Assembly (NCBI GenBank): GCA_965219455.1
Contig: OZ244744.1
Coordinates: 4,960,001 to 5,024,000, forward strand
Length of the DNA: 64,000 nt
Direction: 5' to 3'
Origin: Candidatus Latescibacterota bacterium
GTDB taxonomy: Bacteria; Latescibacterota; UBA2968; GCA-2709665
Shown: piece by piece, positions 9,945-18,961 of the stretch
Layout: the number at the start of each line of letters is the position of its first letter
How positions within the stretch are numbered: position 1 is the first letter of the stretch
Notes under the pieces: model-generated
What the model was told of the DNA's origin: nothing
Database searches by the model: none
The model's input: the letters and a program-made list of their open reading frames with translations, nothing else
Made by a program: the position numbers and the translations under genes

Positions 9945-11906
9945 ATGAATTCGATACAGGAGTATCCGGCGGGCGCGGATCAGATCGATCACGAGATGCC
10001 GCTGAGTTCATTCGACCCCGAACGGATCCTCGAAAAACTGGATCTGACATCGGTCGGGTTGGAAGCGGTGAAACGTGCGGCCGACTCCGGCGACAGGCCT
10101 GGCGCCCTCATGGCGCTGCGCGACTATTACCGGGCGAAATTTCCACTGGAGGAAGCCGGTAAAGCAGGTGATTTTTCAACGGCGGACAAAATCTGCGAGC
10201 GCATCATTCAGTGGGGACCCTACGAGGAAGCGCAATATGGCGACGACTTCGACTGGGAGTGGGACCCGCCGGGTGATATTGAATGGGTTGCGGCCGTGTA
10301 TCGCTTCTATTGGGCCGCACCGCTTGTGACGGCCTACGCGGCGACGCGAGATGAAAAATATGCGCAGGCAATCGTGGAACTTTCAACCGACTGGATTACG
10401 AAACATCCACTGGAAAATCACACCAGAACCCACCCCGTCTATAAATGGTGGAAGGGATTTGCATGGCTGGATCTCCAGACCGGGATCCGGGCTACCAATA
10501 TCTGTGCGGCATTTCGCGGCCTGGTGCACGCCGGGTCGTTTACGCCCGAGTTTCTCGGCCTGTTGATGGCGAGTCTGTATGACCACCAGACAAAAACAAC
10601 GCTTATTCCCATGGGGCTCATCCACAACAAGGCGGTGTTCGAACAACGTGGGTTTATCAATGTCGCCTACACGTTCAGCGAGTTCAGGGAGTCCCGCGAC
10701 TGGATGGAATTGGGGTTGGCGCGCACCGAGGAGAATATTCTTGCTCAGACAACCGCAGACGGCGTCCAGCGAGAGTGGTCGTTCGGGTATCACCAGGGCA
10801 TACTGCGGGACGCCGTGGAAATCTTCGGTCGAATGGACGCCTTCGGCATCGAAATCTCGCACGCATTCCGGGAACGCGTACGCAGAATGTACGACTACAT
10901 CTTCTGGATCGCGTCGCCCGACCTGACGCCGCCCATGTTTGGAGACGGTTCCCGTCCGTTGAAAACCACGGAAGACAGGACCAGGTGGCCGCTCTATGGC
11001 GAGCTTGTCGATGCAACGGAATTGCTGGGCGATCCCAAATACGCGGCCCGGGCGGAATTAAAACGCGAAGACCTGCCGGACCATAAGTGCCGGGCGTTCA
11101 AGGAGGCCGGCTTCTACGTGATGCGCAACGACTGGGGCCCCGATCAGATCCACATGGCGCTGCATTGTTCGCCACCCGCGATTTCAGGCCACGACCAGCC
11201 CGATAACGGGACGTTTGAATTGTACGCCTACGGACGCTGGTTGATGCCGGACACGGGCTTTTATACCTATGGCCGAGACAAGGAGGCCCGCGCCTGGCAC
11301 CGCCAGACCTCGGTACATCAGACCCTGACGCTGGACGGCGGAGATATCTCCGACGACGCGCACAGTCTGATGTGGATCTCTGAGGCGGTTGACTCGGACG
11401 TGCTGGTGGTTGAGAACGGGTCATATCCCGGCTTGGCTCACCGGCGTTCCGTCTGGTTCGTGGACCGGCGGATTTTCGTATTGCTGGACGAGGCGATCGG
11501 CAGCCCGCCCGGTCAACTCGATCTGCATTTCCAGTTTGCGCCCGGCGACGTCACGTTCGACGGCGAAGGAAACAGGGCGTTCACGCAATTCGAGGATGCG
11601 AACGTGCTGGTGCAGGCGGCGGCCGGTTGCCCTGCGTCGGTGGTTGAAGAAACCGGCTGGTTCGCGTGGGAATACGGCCATCGCACGCCCCGCAAGGCGT
11701 TTCGATACGCGCTGGAGAATCAGGCCCCCACGGTTTTTGCAACCGTGATCGTGCCCTATCGTGGAACGGAGGCGCCAGACGTTTCAGCGGAATTGCCCGC
11801 GGGGTTACGGGCGGGGGACGGCCGTGTCGAGATGACCGTCAACGCTTTGGGGAAATCATGGCGGGTGGGAAGAGACCTGGATTCGGGTGAGGGATGGGCG
11901 CGTTGA
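9945..11906 (+). CDS. Heparinase II/III family (alginate-lyase-like) protein
   Basis: DGVQREWSFGYH, PMFGDGS, GFYVMR, GHDQPDNGTFELYAYGR, HQTLTLDG; start at ATG 9945 (or 9939) after GGAG rather than 9654. Confidence 0.85.
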   Translation: MNSIQEYPAGADQIDHEMPLSSFDPERILEKLDLTSVGLEAVKRAADSGDRPGALMALRDYYRAKFPLEEAGKAGDFSTADKICERIIQWGPYEEAQYGDDFDWEWDPPGDIEWVAAVYRFYWAAPLVTAYAATRDEKYAQAIVELSTDWITKHPLENHTRTHPVYKWWKGFAWLDLQTGIRATNICAAFRGLVHAGSFTPEFLGLLMASLYDHQTKTTLIPMGLIHNKAVFEQRGFINVAYTFSEFRESRDWMELGLARTEENILAQTTADGVQREWSFGYHQGILRDAVEIFGRMDAFGIEISHAFRERVRRMYDYIFWIASPDLTPPMFGDGSRPLKTTEDRTRWPLYGELVDATELLGDPKYAARAELKREDLPDHKCRAFKEAGFYVMRNDWGPDQIHMALHCSPPAISGHDQPDNGTFELYAYGRWLMPDTGFYTYGRDKEARAWHRQTSVHQTLTLDGGDISDDAHSLMWISEAVDSDVLVVENGSYPGLAHRRSVWFVDRRIFVLLDEAIGSPPGQLDLHFQFAPGDVTFDGEGNRAFTQFEDANVLVQAAAGCPASVVEETGWFAWEYGHRTPRKAFRYALENQAPTVFATVIVPYRGTEAPDVSAELPAGLRAGDGRVEMTVNALGKSWRVGRDLDSGEGWAR

Positions 11907-12613
11907 CCGGCGGATTTCAGACGTTCGGGTCGCCGCACCTGATCGTGATGGCATTGACGCTGGTTCTGCCGGTCCTGCTTTCTTTGATCGCGAAACGGGC
12001 CGGCTCACGCGTCGCCACCGCCGTGGGCTTTGTGCTGGCGGGCGTCCTGCTTGGCAACGAACTGATCCACTGGGGTTTCCGGATCTCCGGGTACGGCCCC
12101 GGTGTCTTTCTGCGATACTTCCTTCCCCTCCACCTCTGCGGTGTCGCGATCTTCCTGACCTCCCTTACCCTGCTGTTTCGCAATCAAGAGTTCTATGAAG
12201 TCGCCTACTTCTGGGGTCTCGTCGGATCGGCGAACGCGGTTGTCACGCCTGGCAATCTGGATGTTGACTATCCGCAGTATCGGTTCTTCCAGTATTTCTT
12301 CTCACATTCGGGAATTGTTGCGGGGGTCCTGTACGCCACCTGGGGTCTGAAGATGCGGCCCACGCTCGGCGGACTCTTCCGGGCATTTGTCTGGCTGCAC
12401 GTGCTGGCGGCGATCGTCGCAGTTGTTAACTTGCTCTGCGGTTCGAATTACATGTATCTCTCGTCGCCTCCGTGGGGGACAGTATCACCCTTCTTTTTTC
12501 TGCCGTGGCCGTGGTACCTCGTCTTTCTCGACCTCTTCGGCCTGGCCATGTTCTTCCTCGTCTATTCGCCCTTTCCGATTGCCAGGTGGTGGAATTCCCG
12601 TCGAATGTCCTGA
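11894..12613 (+). CDS. YwaF/TIGR02206-like integral membrane protein
   Basis: LPLHLC, FFSH, NYMYL, PWPWY motifs; several TM segments. Confidence 0.85.
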   Translation: MGALTGGFQTFGSPHLIVMALTLVLPVLLSLIAKRAGSRVATAVGFVLAGVLLGNELIHWGFRISGYGPGVFLRYFLPLHLCGVAIFLTSLTLLFRNQEFYEVAYFWGLVGSANAVVTPGNLDVDYPQYRFFQYFFSHSGIVAGVLYATWGLKMRPTLGGLFRAFVWLHVLAAIVAVVNLLCGSNYMYLSSPPWGTVSPFFFLPWPWYLVFLDLFGLAMFFLVYSPFPIARWWNSRRMS

Positions 12614-12629
12614 CGTGAAGAAATGACCG

Positions 12630-12993
12630 GCCGCGGCGGCGTCCGTGTGACCATGAAATACGGCTTCAAGCAGGGCTTTGCCGCGGGGTGCGTCCGGTTC
12701 CGGCGCGTTGGGGTCGGCGCCGCGTTCGAGCAGCAGCTTCACGATTTCCCGATGGCCCCGGCGGGCTGGGTATAGTAGTGTACACAACGAACGAGGTCAG
12801 GGTTCCTATTCACGAGTTTCCGAATCGCTTCCTGGTCGCCCCGTATCGTTGCACGGAACATCGCCCAGACCTCCGGCCCTTTGCCCTTTGCCCATTCGAT
12901 ATACCCGGGATCCTCCAGCTCAGAAGGCTTGACCATCCGAGAAATCACCCAGTCGGCATGGGCGCTATCCGTTTTTTTGACATCGTTCGTCAT
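12630..12993 (-). pseudogene. Ankyrin-repeat gene remnant with internal deletion and frame change
   Basis: N-terminal part (WAMFRATIRGD...RCVHYYTQP) and GHREIVKLLLERGADPNAPE part resemble two distant segments of the ankyrin region at 3080-4744, joined out of frame near 12762. Confidence 0.7.
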
Positions 12994-13100
12994 TTGAGGT
13001 ATCCCTGCATGGCATCGCGATGCTCAACGGCAACACCGAAGAAGTGTCCGCTCGAGTTCGTTAACGCAGGATCCCTCACACCTGCAGCGGATTGGGCGGA

Positions 13101-13356
13101 AGATTCTTCGACTTCGCTCAGAATGACATGACTTACAATTACCATCGTCGAAATGTATCCATCACACGTCGGCGAAAACTGTCATCCTGAGGAAGCCGCC
13201 AGGCTGACGAAGGATCTCCTGCGGCTTCGGATGATGCCTGGGCGTTCTTGACTTGGCAAGACCTCACAGGCAGTACCTGCGCTCGCGCTTCAGGCGTAAA
13301 TAAGTGTGAGCACCCTGTGCCGCTCCCTGAGCGCGTGCCCTGAGCTTGTCGAAGGG
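13101..13356. repeat. Cluster of short palindromic REP-like elements
   Basis: AGATTCTTCGACTTCGCTCAGAATGACA (13101-13128), oppositely oriented TGTCATCCTGAG...CGAAGGATCT (13180-13217), GTGCCCTGAGCTTGTCGAAGGG (13335-13356). Confidence 0.6.
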
Positions 13357-13430
13357 TCGGCGCAGGGCTGATGTGGAGGCGGGAGGGGTCGCCGGCCGGA
13401 TGCACTATCCGAGAGTCATACGACGGACGG

Positions 13431-13925
13431 CTATGCTATCTCTACGGTTCGCAATTCAGGAATAAGCGTCCCGTGGGATGATAGTGTGACGTACCCCATG
13501 GAGACCGGAAGCCGAAAACGCCGGGGCCCGATGCTACCGGGATTCAGGCAGCGAACCGAACCCAGGGTGGTTATTTTCGGCATGTGAGAATGGCCGCACA
13601 CCACAAGATCGAAACCCGCGACGTCCGCATCGTCAAGGATGTGTGTCACGAGAATCCGCTGCCTTCCGGCGCACAGCACGAGTCTTTCGGGCAGGACGCT
13701 GCAGGGTGGATGCAGGTCGACGTTTCCGCGGACGGCGTATACCGGCGCGATCTGTTCCAATTGCTCCAGTACCGAAATCTTCCCCACGTCGCCGGCATGG
13801 ATAATCAGGCGGACGCCCTGCAGCAGTTCCAGTACCTGCGGCCTGATGAGTCCGTGGGAGTCGGAGACGACGCCGAGGCGATCGCCCGCGCGGAGTTTGG
13901 GATCGACGTCGGTGGAATAGGACAT
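13431..13925 (-). CDS. YfcE/MJ0936-type metallophosphoesterase
   Basis: SDSHG, IHAGD, VRGNVD, GHSH, LNPGS; start uncertain (13925-13958). Confidence 0.9.
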   Translation of the reverse strand: MSYSTDVDPKLRAGDRLGVVSDSHGLIRPQVLELLQGVRLIIHAGDVGKISVLEQLEQIAPVYAVRGNVDLHPPCSVLPERLVLCAGRQRILVTHILDDADVAGFDLVVCGHSHMPKITTLGSVRCLNPGSIGPRRFRLPVSMGYVTLSSHGTLIPELRTVEIA

Positions 13926-14077
13926 CGCGTGCACGCCTCTGATCATTTGCGCCTTCACACTGGACCCTATGCCTGTCTGTTGTCGAGAAAACTATGAGGC
14001 GGCCGGCCCTCTGTCCAGTTGAATTTTTACGTATCCTGGACGTCGCCTTCTTAAACGTCATTGCGAATTAAGGGAGA

Positions 14078-14833
14078 ATGAACACGATGCCCGATAACGC
14101 GCGCATGCAGAAGGCTCTGGAGGTTTTCGCCCGCGGCTATTGTTTTACAAAGAGTTTCACGCATCCCTACCTGGCAGGTCGGGAGGGCCCGATCTGGGTG
14201 GTCAGGGATGCTCCGAGAGAACGCGGCGCGTACCGTCGCGAGGAGTGGATCGCTCATGGCGTCGATGCTGGAGAGATCGACCGCGTGGCCAGGAAGAACA
14301 CCCGTGGGCAGTTCGGCATCTGTGCGATTTGCGCGACCGGGGAGTCCGACTCCGGAACGCGGGAGGAGTTCAGGGCGCTCAACTATCGTCTGAATACAAC
14401 AGAACCGGTCATGGTGCATCGTCTGCGCCGTATCCCACGCGTGGTGGACCCATTGCCCATCGAACGTGTTCTGACCGCCGAATTGGCGGACCGATTGAAC
14501 AAGACAACGCGGATCAGGCAAATTCTGCCGGAACATCTCTCTCCGGACGCACCGCTCAGGCAATATCTCGCACTCGAGAACGACGAACCCCTGGGATGGG
14601 TTCAAAGCATCGAAGTGGATTCGGCAACGTGGTGTTCGAACATGCACGTGGTGTCCGCCGCCCGGCGCCGTGGCATTGGAAGGGCGTTGATGTGCAGGAT
14701 GCTCCGCGATGACCGGTCAAATGGATCGCAAATGGCCGTCCTGACCGCGACCCATACGGGCGCATTGCTGTATACCTCAATCGGATACGAGCGGATCGGT
14801 ACCCTGCTCTTCTACACGCCAAAGAAGCGTTAG
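14078..14833 (+). CDS. GNAT family N-acetyltransferase
   Basis: ARRRGIGRALM acetyl-CoA motif; LYTSIGY. Confidence 0.85.
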   Translation: MNTMPDNARMQKALEVFARGYCFTKSFTHPYLAGREGPIWVVRDAPRERGAYRREEWIAHGVDAGEIDRVARKNTRGQFGICAICATGESDSGTREEFRALNYRLNTTEPVMVHRLRRIPRVVDPLPIERVLTAELADRLNKTTRIRQILPEHLSPDAPLRQYLALENDEPLGWVQSIEVDSATWCSNMHVVSAARRRGIGRALMCRMLRDDRSNGSQMAVLTATHTGALLYTSIGYERIGTLLFYTPKKR

Positions 14834-14923
14834 AAACCCCTGCCGCAGAACGTGGCCGAAGTCATCCAATATGGCGTCGCACATTCGCTTACGGTTGCCA
14901 CTCGACAGGAAGAAAGGACTGAA

Positions 14924-15463
14924 ATGTCAAGAGAACAAAGGATCGCTCAGCTTCTGGACGAGGCCTGGAAGACCAGGAGGGTTGCGGACTACGAACGGGG
15001 CAAACGGCTCGTGGACGAGGCGGCGAAACTGTGCGGCGAAGACGACCACGAATCCCTGGGAAGGGTCGCCCACGTCTACGGACAGTTCGAAAGGGACCAG
15101 GGGAACACCGAACGCGCCGTCCAACTGTATTTGGAAGGATACAACCACTACGTGGCCGCGAACCATGCCGAAAAGATGGCCCATTCGCTCCGCCACGTCG
15201 CGGACGTTCGCCGGGATCTTCCGGATTGGCACGGCGCGGAGCGGGATTACCGGTTGGCAATACAGATGTACCGAGATCTCGACCCAACGCCGATGCATTC
15301 GCTGGCAAATGCGCTCCGTGGCTTCGGCATGCTTCTGGAGCGTGTTGGGAAGAAAGAGGAGGCACCGCGCGTCTTCGAAGAAGCACACCGGTTATACCTG
15401 CAGGTTGGCAATGCCCCGGGCATTGAAGAGATGGGAAAGAAACTGAAGGATCTTCGGGGATAG
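14924..15463 (+). CDS. Tetratricopeptide repeat protein
   Basis: Helical TPR-like units (AERDYRLAIQMYR, LANALRGFGMLLE...EEA); ATG 14924 after AAAGGA. Confidence 0.75.
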   Translation: MSREQRIAQLLDEAWKTRRVADYERGKRLVDEAAKLCGEDDHESLGRVAHVYGQFERDQGNTERAVQLYLEGYNHYVAANHAEKMAHSLRHVADVRRDLPDWHGAERDYRLAIQMYRDLDPTPMHSLANALRGFGMLLERVGKKEEAPRVFEEAHRLYLQVGNAPGIEEMGKKLKDLRG

Positions 15464-15551
15464 GAAATCGCGGTCGCAGGATTTCCGTAATATGATATCG
15501 TCGCGCAAACCGGCAGTTTGCGCGACCTGACCAAGCGCCTTCACCTGGCAA

Positions 15552-16979
15552 CTACATCAACGTCTGTTTCCACGCGCCCTTCCGATAGCGAGCCCAGGCC
15601 AGAATGCCCTGTGCGGCCCCGCCGATAAACCAGGCGATCCAGATACCCACGGCATCCATATCCAACAGAAACGCCAGGACGTAGGAGAGGGGCAGCATGA
15701 GCAGCCACTGCGCCACAATCGTATAGTAGAGTAGAGGCCTGGTCTCGCCGCCGCCGGCCAGGACGCCCCCGGCGACGATGGACAACGCCGAAAAGACCTG
15801 GGCGACCGTAAAATACAGGAGCATAACGTATCCTATCTCGATGACTGCCTCGGAATCCGTGAACAGGTCGACGATCTCCCGGGCGAAGACGCAGATGACA
15901 ATTGCGCTCACGGTGATGAACGTCATGCCGAGCCGGATTGTGTTTGCTGCGAAGCGCTCGGCCTCGCGAATCTGCCTCGCGCCCAATCGTTGCCCGACCA
16001 GCGCGGTTGCCGATACGGAAAACGCCAGGGCCGGCATGATGCCGATCATTCGCATCTGTAAACCGATGGTCAGCGCAGCCGTTGCGGCGGTGGGCCGGCT
16101 CGTCCACCCCACCACGCGATAAATCAGAACGCGGGCGCCGTTTCGGAAAAACCCCTGAATGCCGGCGGGTACCCCGATCCGCATCATTCGCCCGATGATG
16201 TCCCGGTTGATGGGAAGGCGCCAATTCCACCGCATATGTACCCGAGAGCGGCCGGACGTAAGCAGTGAGACCCCGACGATGCAACCCACGGCCCGCGAGA
16301 CGATACTGCCGAATGCCGCTCCGGTCACCCCCAGTTGGGGCAGACCCCATGCACCGAAAATCAGGCCGTAGGTGAGTGGAATTTTCAGACAGATGATGAG
16401 ACACGAAATCTTCAACGGCGTCCGCGTATCCCCGGAGCCGCCGAATATTCCGCCGATGATGAAATTGGGCATCATGAAGACGATGCCGACAAAGTAGACG
16501 CGCAGGAACGGCACGGCGTGGGCGAGCACGTCTTGCTGCGCGCCAAGCAGGACCAGTGCCGGTCGGGCAATTAGGCTCCCGACAAAGGCCAGGACCGCCG
16601 ACAGCAGGATTCCCATGATGATGGCCTGTTGCGCCGTATGGCTGAGGTCGCCGTGTCGCCCTGCGCCGTAGAATTGCGCGACCAGGGTGCGGGACCCGGT
16701 GCTGACCGATATCGCCATGACCATCGTCACGAACAGGATCTGCCGGCTCAGGCCCACCGCCGATATCGCGGCCGGACCCAGTTGCCCCACCATGGAGATG
16801 TCGACAAGCCCCTCCATGGCGTCGAGCACCGACGCGACGACCACCGGCCATGCGATGGCCCAGACCTGGGGAAGCACCGGCGCCTCGCCGGAGGGGTTCG
16901 GATCGGGATGGGAGGGCGAAAGGGGGCGGGTCATGGAAGTGTTCGGTGTACACGGCGAGAGGTCACTGGAGGGATCCAT
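15552..16979 (-). CDS. MATE family efflux transporter
   Basis: IAWP...VDISMVGQLG, GDTRTP, LGVTGAA, LVGQRLGA; about 12 TM; start may be 16934. Confidence 0.9.
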   Translation of the reverse strand: MDPSSDLSPCTPNTSMTRPLSPSHPDPNPSGEAPVLPQVWAIAWPVVVASVLDAMEGLVDISMVGQLGPAAISAVGLSRQILFVTMVMAISVSTGSRTLVAQFYGAGRHGDLSHTAQQAIIMGILLSAVLAFVGSLIARPALVLLGAQQDVLAHAVPFLRVYFVGIVFMMPNFIIGGIFGGSGDTRTPLKISCLIICLKIPLTYGLIFGAWGLPQLGVTGAAFGSIVSRAVGCIVGVSLLTSGRSRVHMRWNWRLPINRDIIGRMMRIGVPAGIQGFFRNGARVLIYRVVGWTSRPTAATAALTIGLQMRMIGIMPALAFSVSATALVGQRLGARQIREAERFAANTIRLGMTFITVSAIVICVFAREIVDLFTDSEAVIEIGYVMLLYFTVAQVFSALSIVAGGVLAGGGETRPLLYYTIVAQWLLMLPLSYVLAFLLDMDAVGIWIAWFIGGAAQGILAWARYRKGAWKQTLM

Positions 16980-17131
16980 TCGGCGTGCAACACGGGTTCA
17001 GGTGTGGGAATGACAAGGTTCAATGCATTTTCTCCGGTGATGTGTATGGGCTTCAATTTGTGCCGGAACCCTGTCTCTGAACCCCTGCGGTTCGAATCGG
17101 GCGCTTCGAGTCGTTTGTTCCGACTGGTCAC

Positions 17132-17623
17132 CTATTCGATTGCACTGTCCACGGCCTGCACGTGAATATCCACGTCAGGCCAGTTTTTTTTCAGGATTTC
17201 GATAATGTGATCTTTCGGTCCGAAAAAAAGCATGATCATATTCTCTGTAACGAAGTATTTCTCATGATGTTGCCCTCCATTGCGGGCGATCAATTCCCCG
17301 AGTTCTCCCGTGGGGCGGCTCCCGGTACCTGAAATAATATGTTCGAGGAAGTGCAGTTTGCCCTGCTCCCCTTCGGGTTCATCCGCATGACCCATCGCAT
17401 AGAACGTCTGATATTCGAAGGTGGGGATCGTCGGGTCTACCACGATGACGGCGTCGAGTCTGTCATTGATGGTATAGTGATGCGCGACGAGTGCGTCTGA
17501 CAGGGATTCCGATCCGACGAGCCGGTAGGCGAGGCACGTGTCCGTACATATGCAGAAGATTGTCGCCGTAAGCGCGAAGATTCTCAACGATTCTTGTGTT
17601 AACGGAGGTCGCGGGAGTGACAT
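17132..17623 (-). pseudogene. M16 (insulinase-like) zinc peptidase, apparently internally deleted
   Basis: Signal peptide, inverted zinc motif HFLEH, then NGGQH joined directly to a C-terminal-like KYFVTENM segment; only 163 aa. Confidence 0.6.
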
Positions 17624-17805
17624 GAAAGGGCCGCCGTCAGGATTCGGCAGGATCTTGGGTAAGAAGGATTCTGCAAGCGCCGTGTAAGGTGAATCACGGC
17701 GGTCGGAGACACGCGGAGGTCGCGTTGGGCGAGTCTCGCGCTAAGGGATTTCAGGTCAGGGATGTGGTTGGTGGGGTGGTGTGATGCTGCGCTGGAAAAT
17801 TCTAT

Positions 17806-17934
17806 CTACGTGACGATTACGTTCTGATGAAAGTCGCTCTGTGTGAACTGTCCATATGCCAATCCGGTCGCGAACCCAACGTTTTTCCGCGCAGGGATCA
17901 GCATGTCCAGCAAGTAGGCTTCACTTCGCCGCAT
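17806..17934 (-). pseudogene. HepT/DUF86 (HEPN) toxin, truncated after 42 codons
   Basis: MRRSEAYLLDMLIPARK...FTQSDFHQNVIV then TAG; overlaps the MNT stop; no RX4-6H motif retained. Confidence 0.75.
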
Positions 17935-18235
17935 AGATCGTCTCCGCCGATCCAAGTATGGCCTTCCGGCGGATGTAATTGCCGCTGGCCTCAACAGCGT
18001 CTCGTTCTAATAGGTCGGCCGGTCGACCGAACAATTCGGTCAATTCATCCTCCATGCGAACCATGTCCAGAAGTGTCGGGCGTGCCTTTACGTCGAAGCT
18101 GACAAGCAAATCGACATCGCTGTCGGGACCGGATTCGCCGCTTAACGCAGACCCGAACAACGCCAATTCGACGACCCCCCAGCGTTCGCAGAACTTTGCC
18201 AGTTCGTCGTTTTCAGTTTTGACGAGTGCGTTCAT
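17921..18235 (-). CDS. Minimal nucleotidyltransferase (MNT) antitoxin
   Basis: LFGSALSGESGPDSDVDLLV (GS...DxD), LFGRPADL. Confidence 0.9.
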   Translation of the reverse strand: MNALVKTENDELAKFCERWGVVELALFGSALSGESGPDSDVDLLVSFDVKARPTLLDMVRMEDELTELFGRPADLLERDAVEASGNYIRRKAILGSAETIYAAK

Positions 18236-18393
18236 TTCTACTTTCCCAAACCAAGGGTCCGTATTGAATTCTGCGCCTTACAAACCTCGAATTAAGCTCA
18301 AATGCCAATTGCTGGAGTCACTGATCGGTCAATGGATGCTTCAATTCAAGGATCGCGTCCAAGACTCTGGTAAGTTGTTCAGGTGCCTTGGTC

Positions 18394-18960
18394 TTAGGCG
18401 GCTACGCCACCGTCCCGACCTCCACGGACAAGCAAATTGAATGCAATTTTCGGTCCCACGTACGTATGAATTTCAATATCCTTGTATGTTTCCCTTTGTA
18501 CAACGCCCGGCCGCGGTTTCACGCCCTGTTTATCGATTCTTGGATTGTACTTCGTCGCAATTATGTAATAACGTACCAAAGTGTTTTCGCTATTGAATTC
18601 GCTGGCAGAGTGTATCGCATATAATGCGCAAAGATACTCTAAAATCGGCAGTGACCACCGCAGTTGTACTTTGGGCTTCCCGTCGGCGTGAATTGTCTTT
18701 TTCAAATCAACCAATATCGCAACGCACGTATTCCGGTCTTCATAGACCAACAAGTAATCACAGTTCCGTTTCCATTCACCTTCTCTCAACCCCGATAGAC
18801 TACCGAGTCTATCCAGATTTATGGCCGTGACGTCCGGCGGAGTGTTAGCCACTTTGACTTCCATAACACCCTTTTCTCGAAGAATTATGCTACCGTCGCC
18901 GGCTATCGACACCAGAGCCTTCAGACCGAGAATTCTCCTCAGAAAAGCGGCGAACCCCAC
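18394..18960 (-). CDS. Hypothetical protein, possible PD-(D/E)XK-like nuclease partner of the ATPase
   Basis: RNCDYLLV...AILVDLKKT; GTG start 1 nt after the ATPase stop. Confidence 0.55.
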   Translation of the reverse strand: MGFAAFLRRILGLKALVSIAGDGSIILREKGVMEVKVANTPPDVTAINLDRLGSLSGLREGEWKRNCDYLLVYEDRNTCVAILVDLKKTIHADGKPKVQLRWSLPILEYLCALYAIHSASEFNSENTLVRYYIIATKYNPRIDKQGVKPRPGVVQRETYKDIEIHTYVGPKIAFNLLVRGGRDGGVAA

Positions 18961-18961
18961 T

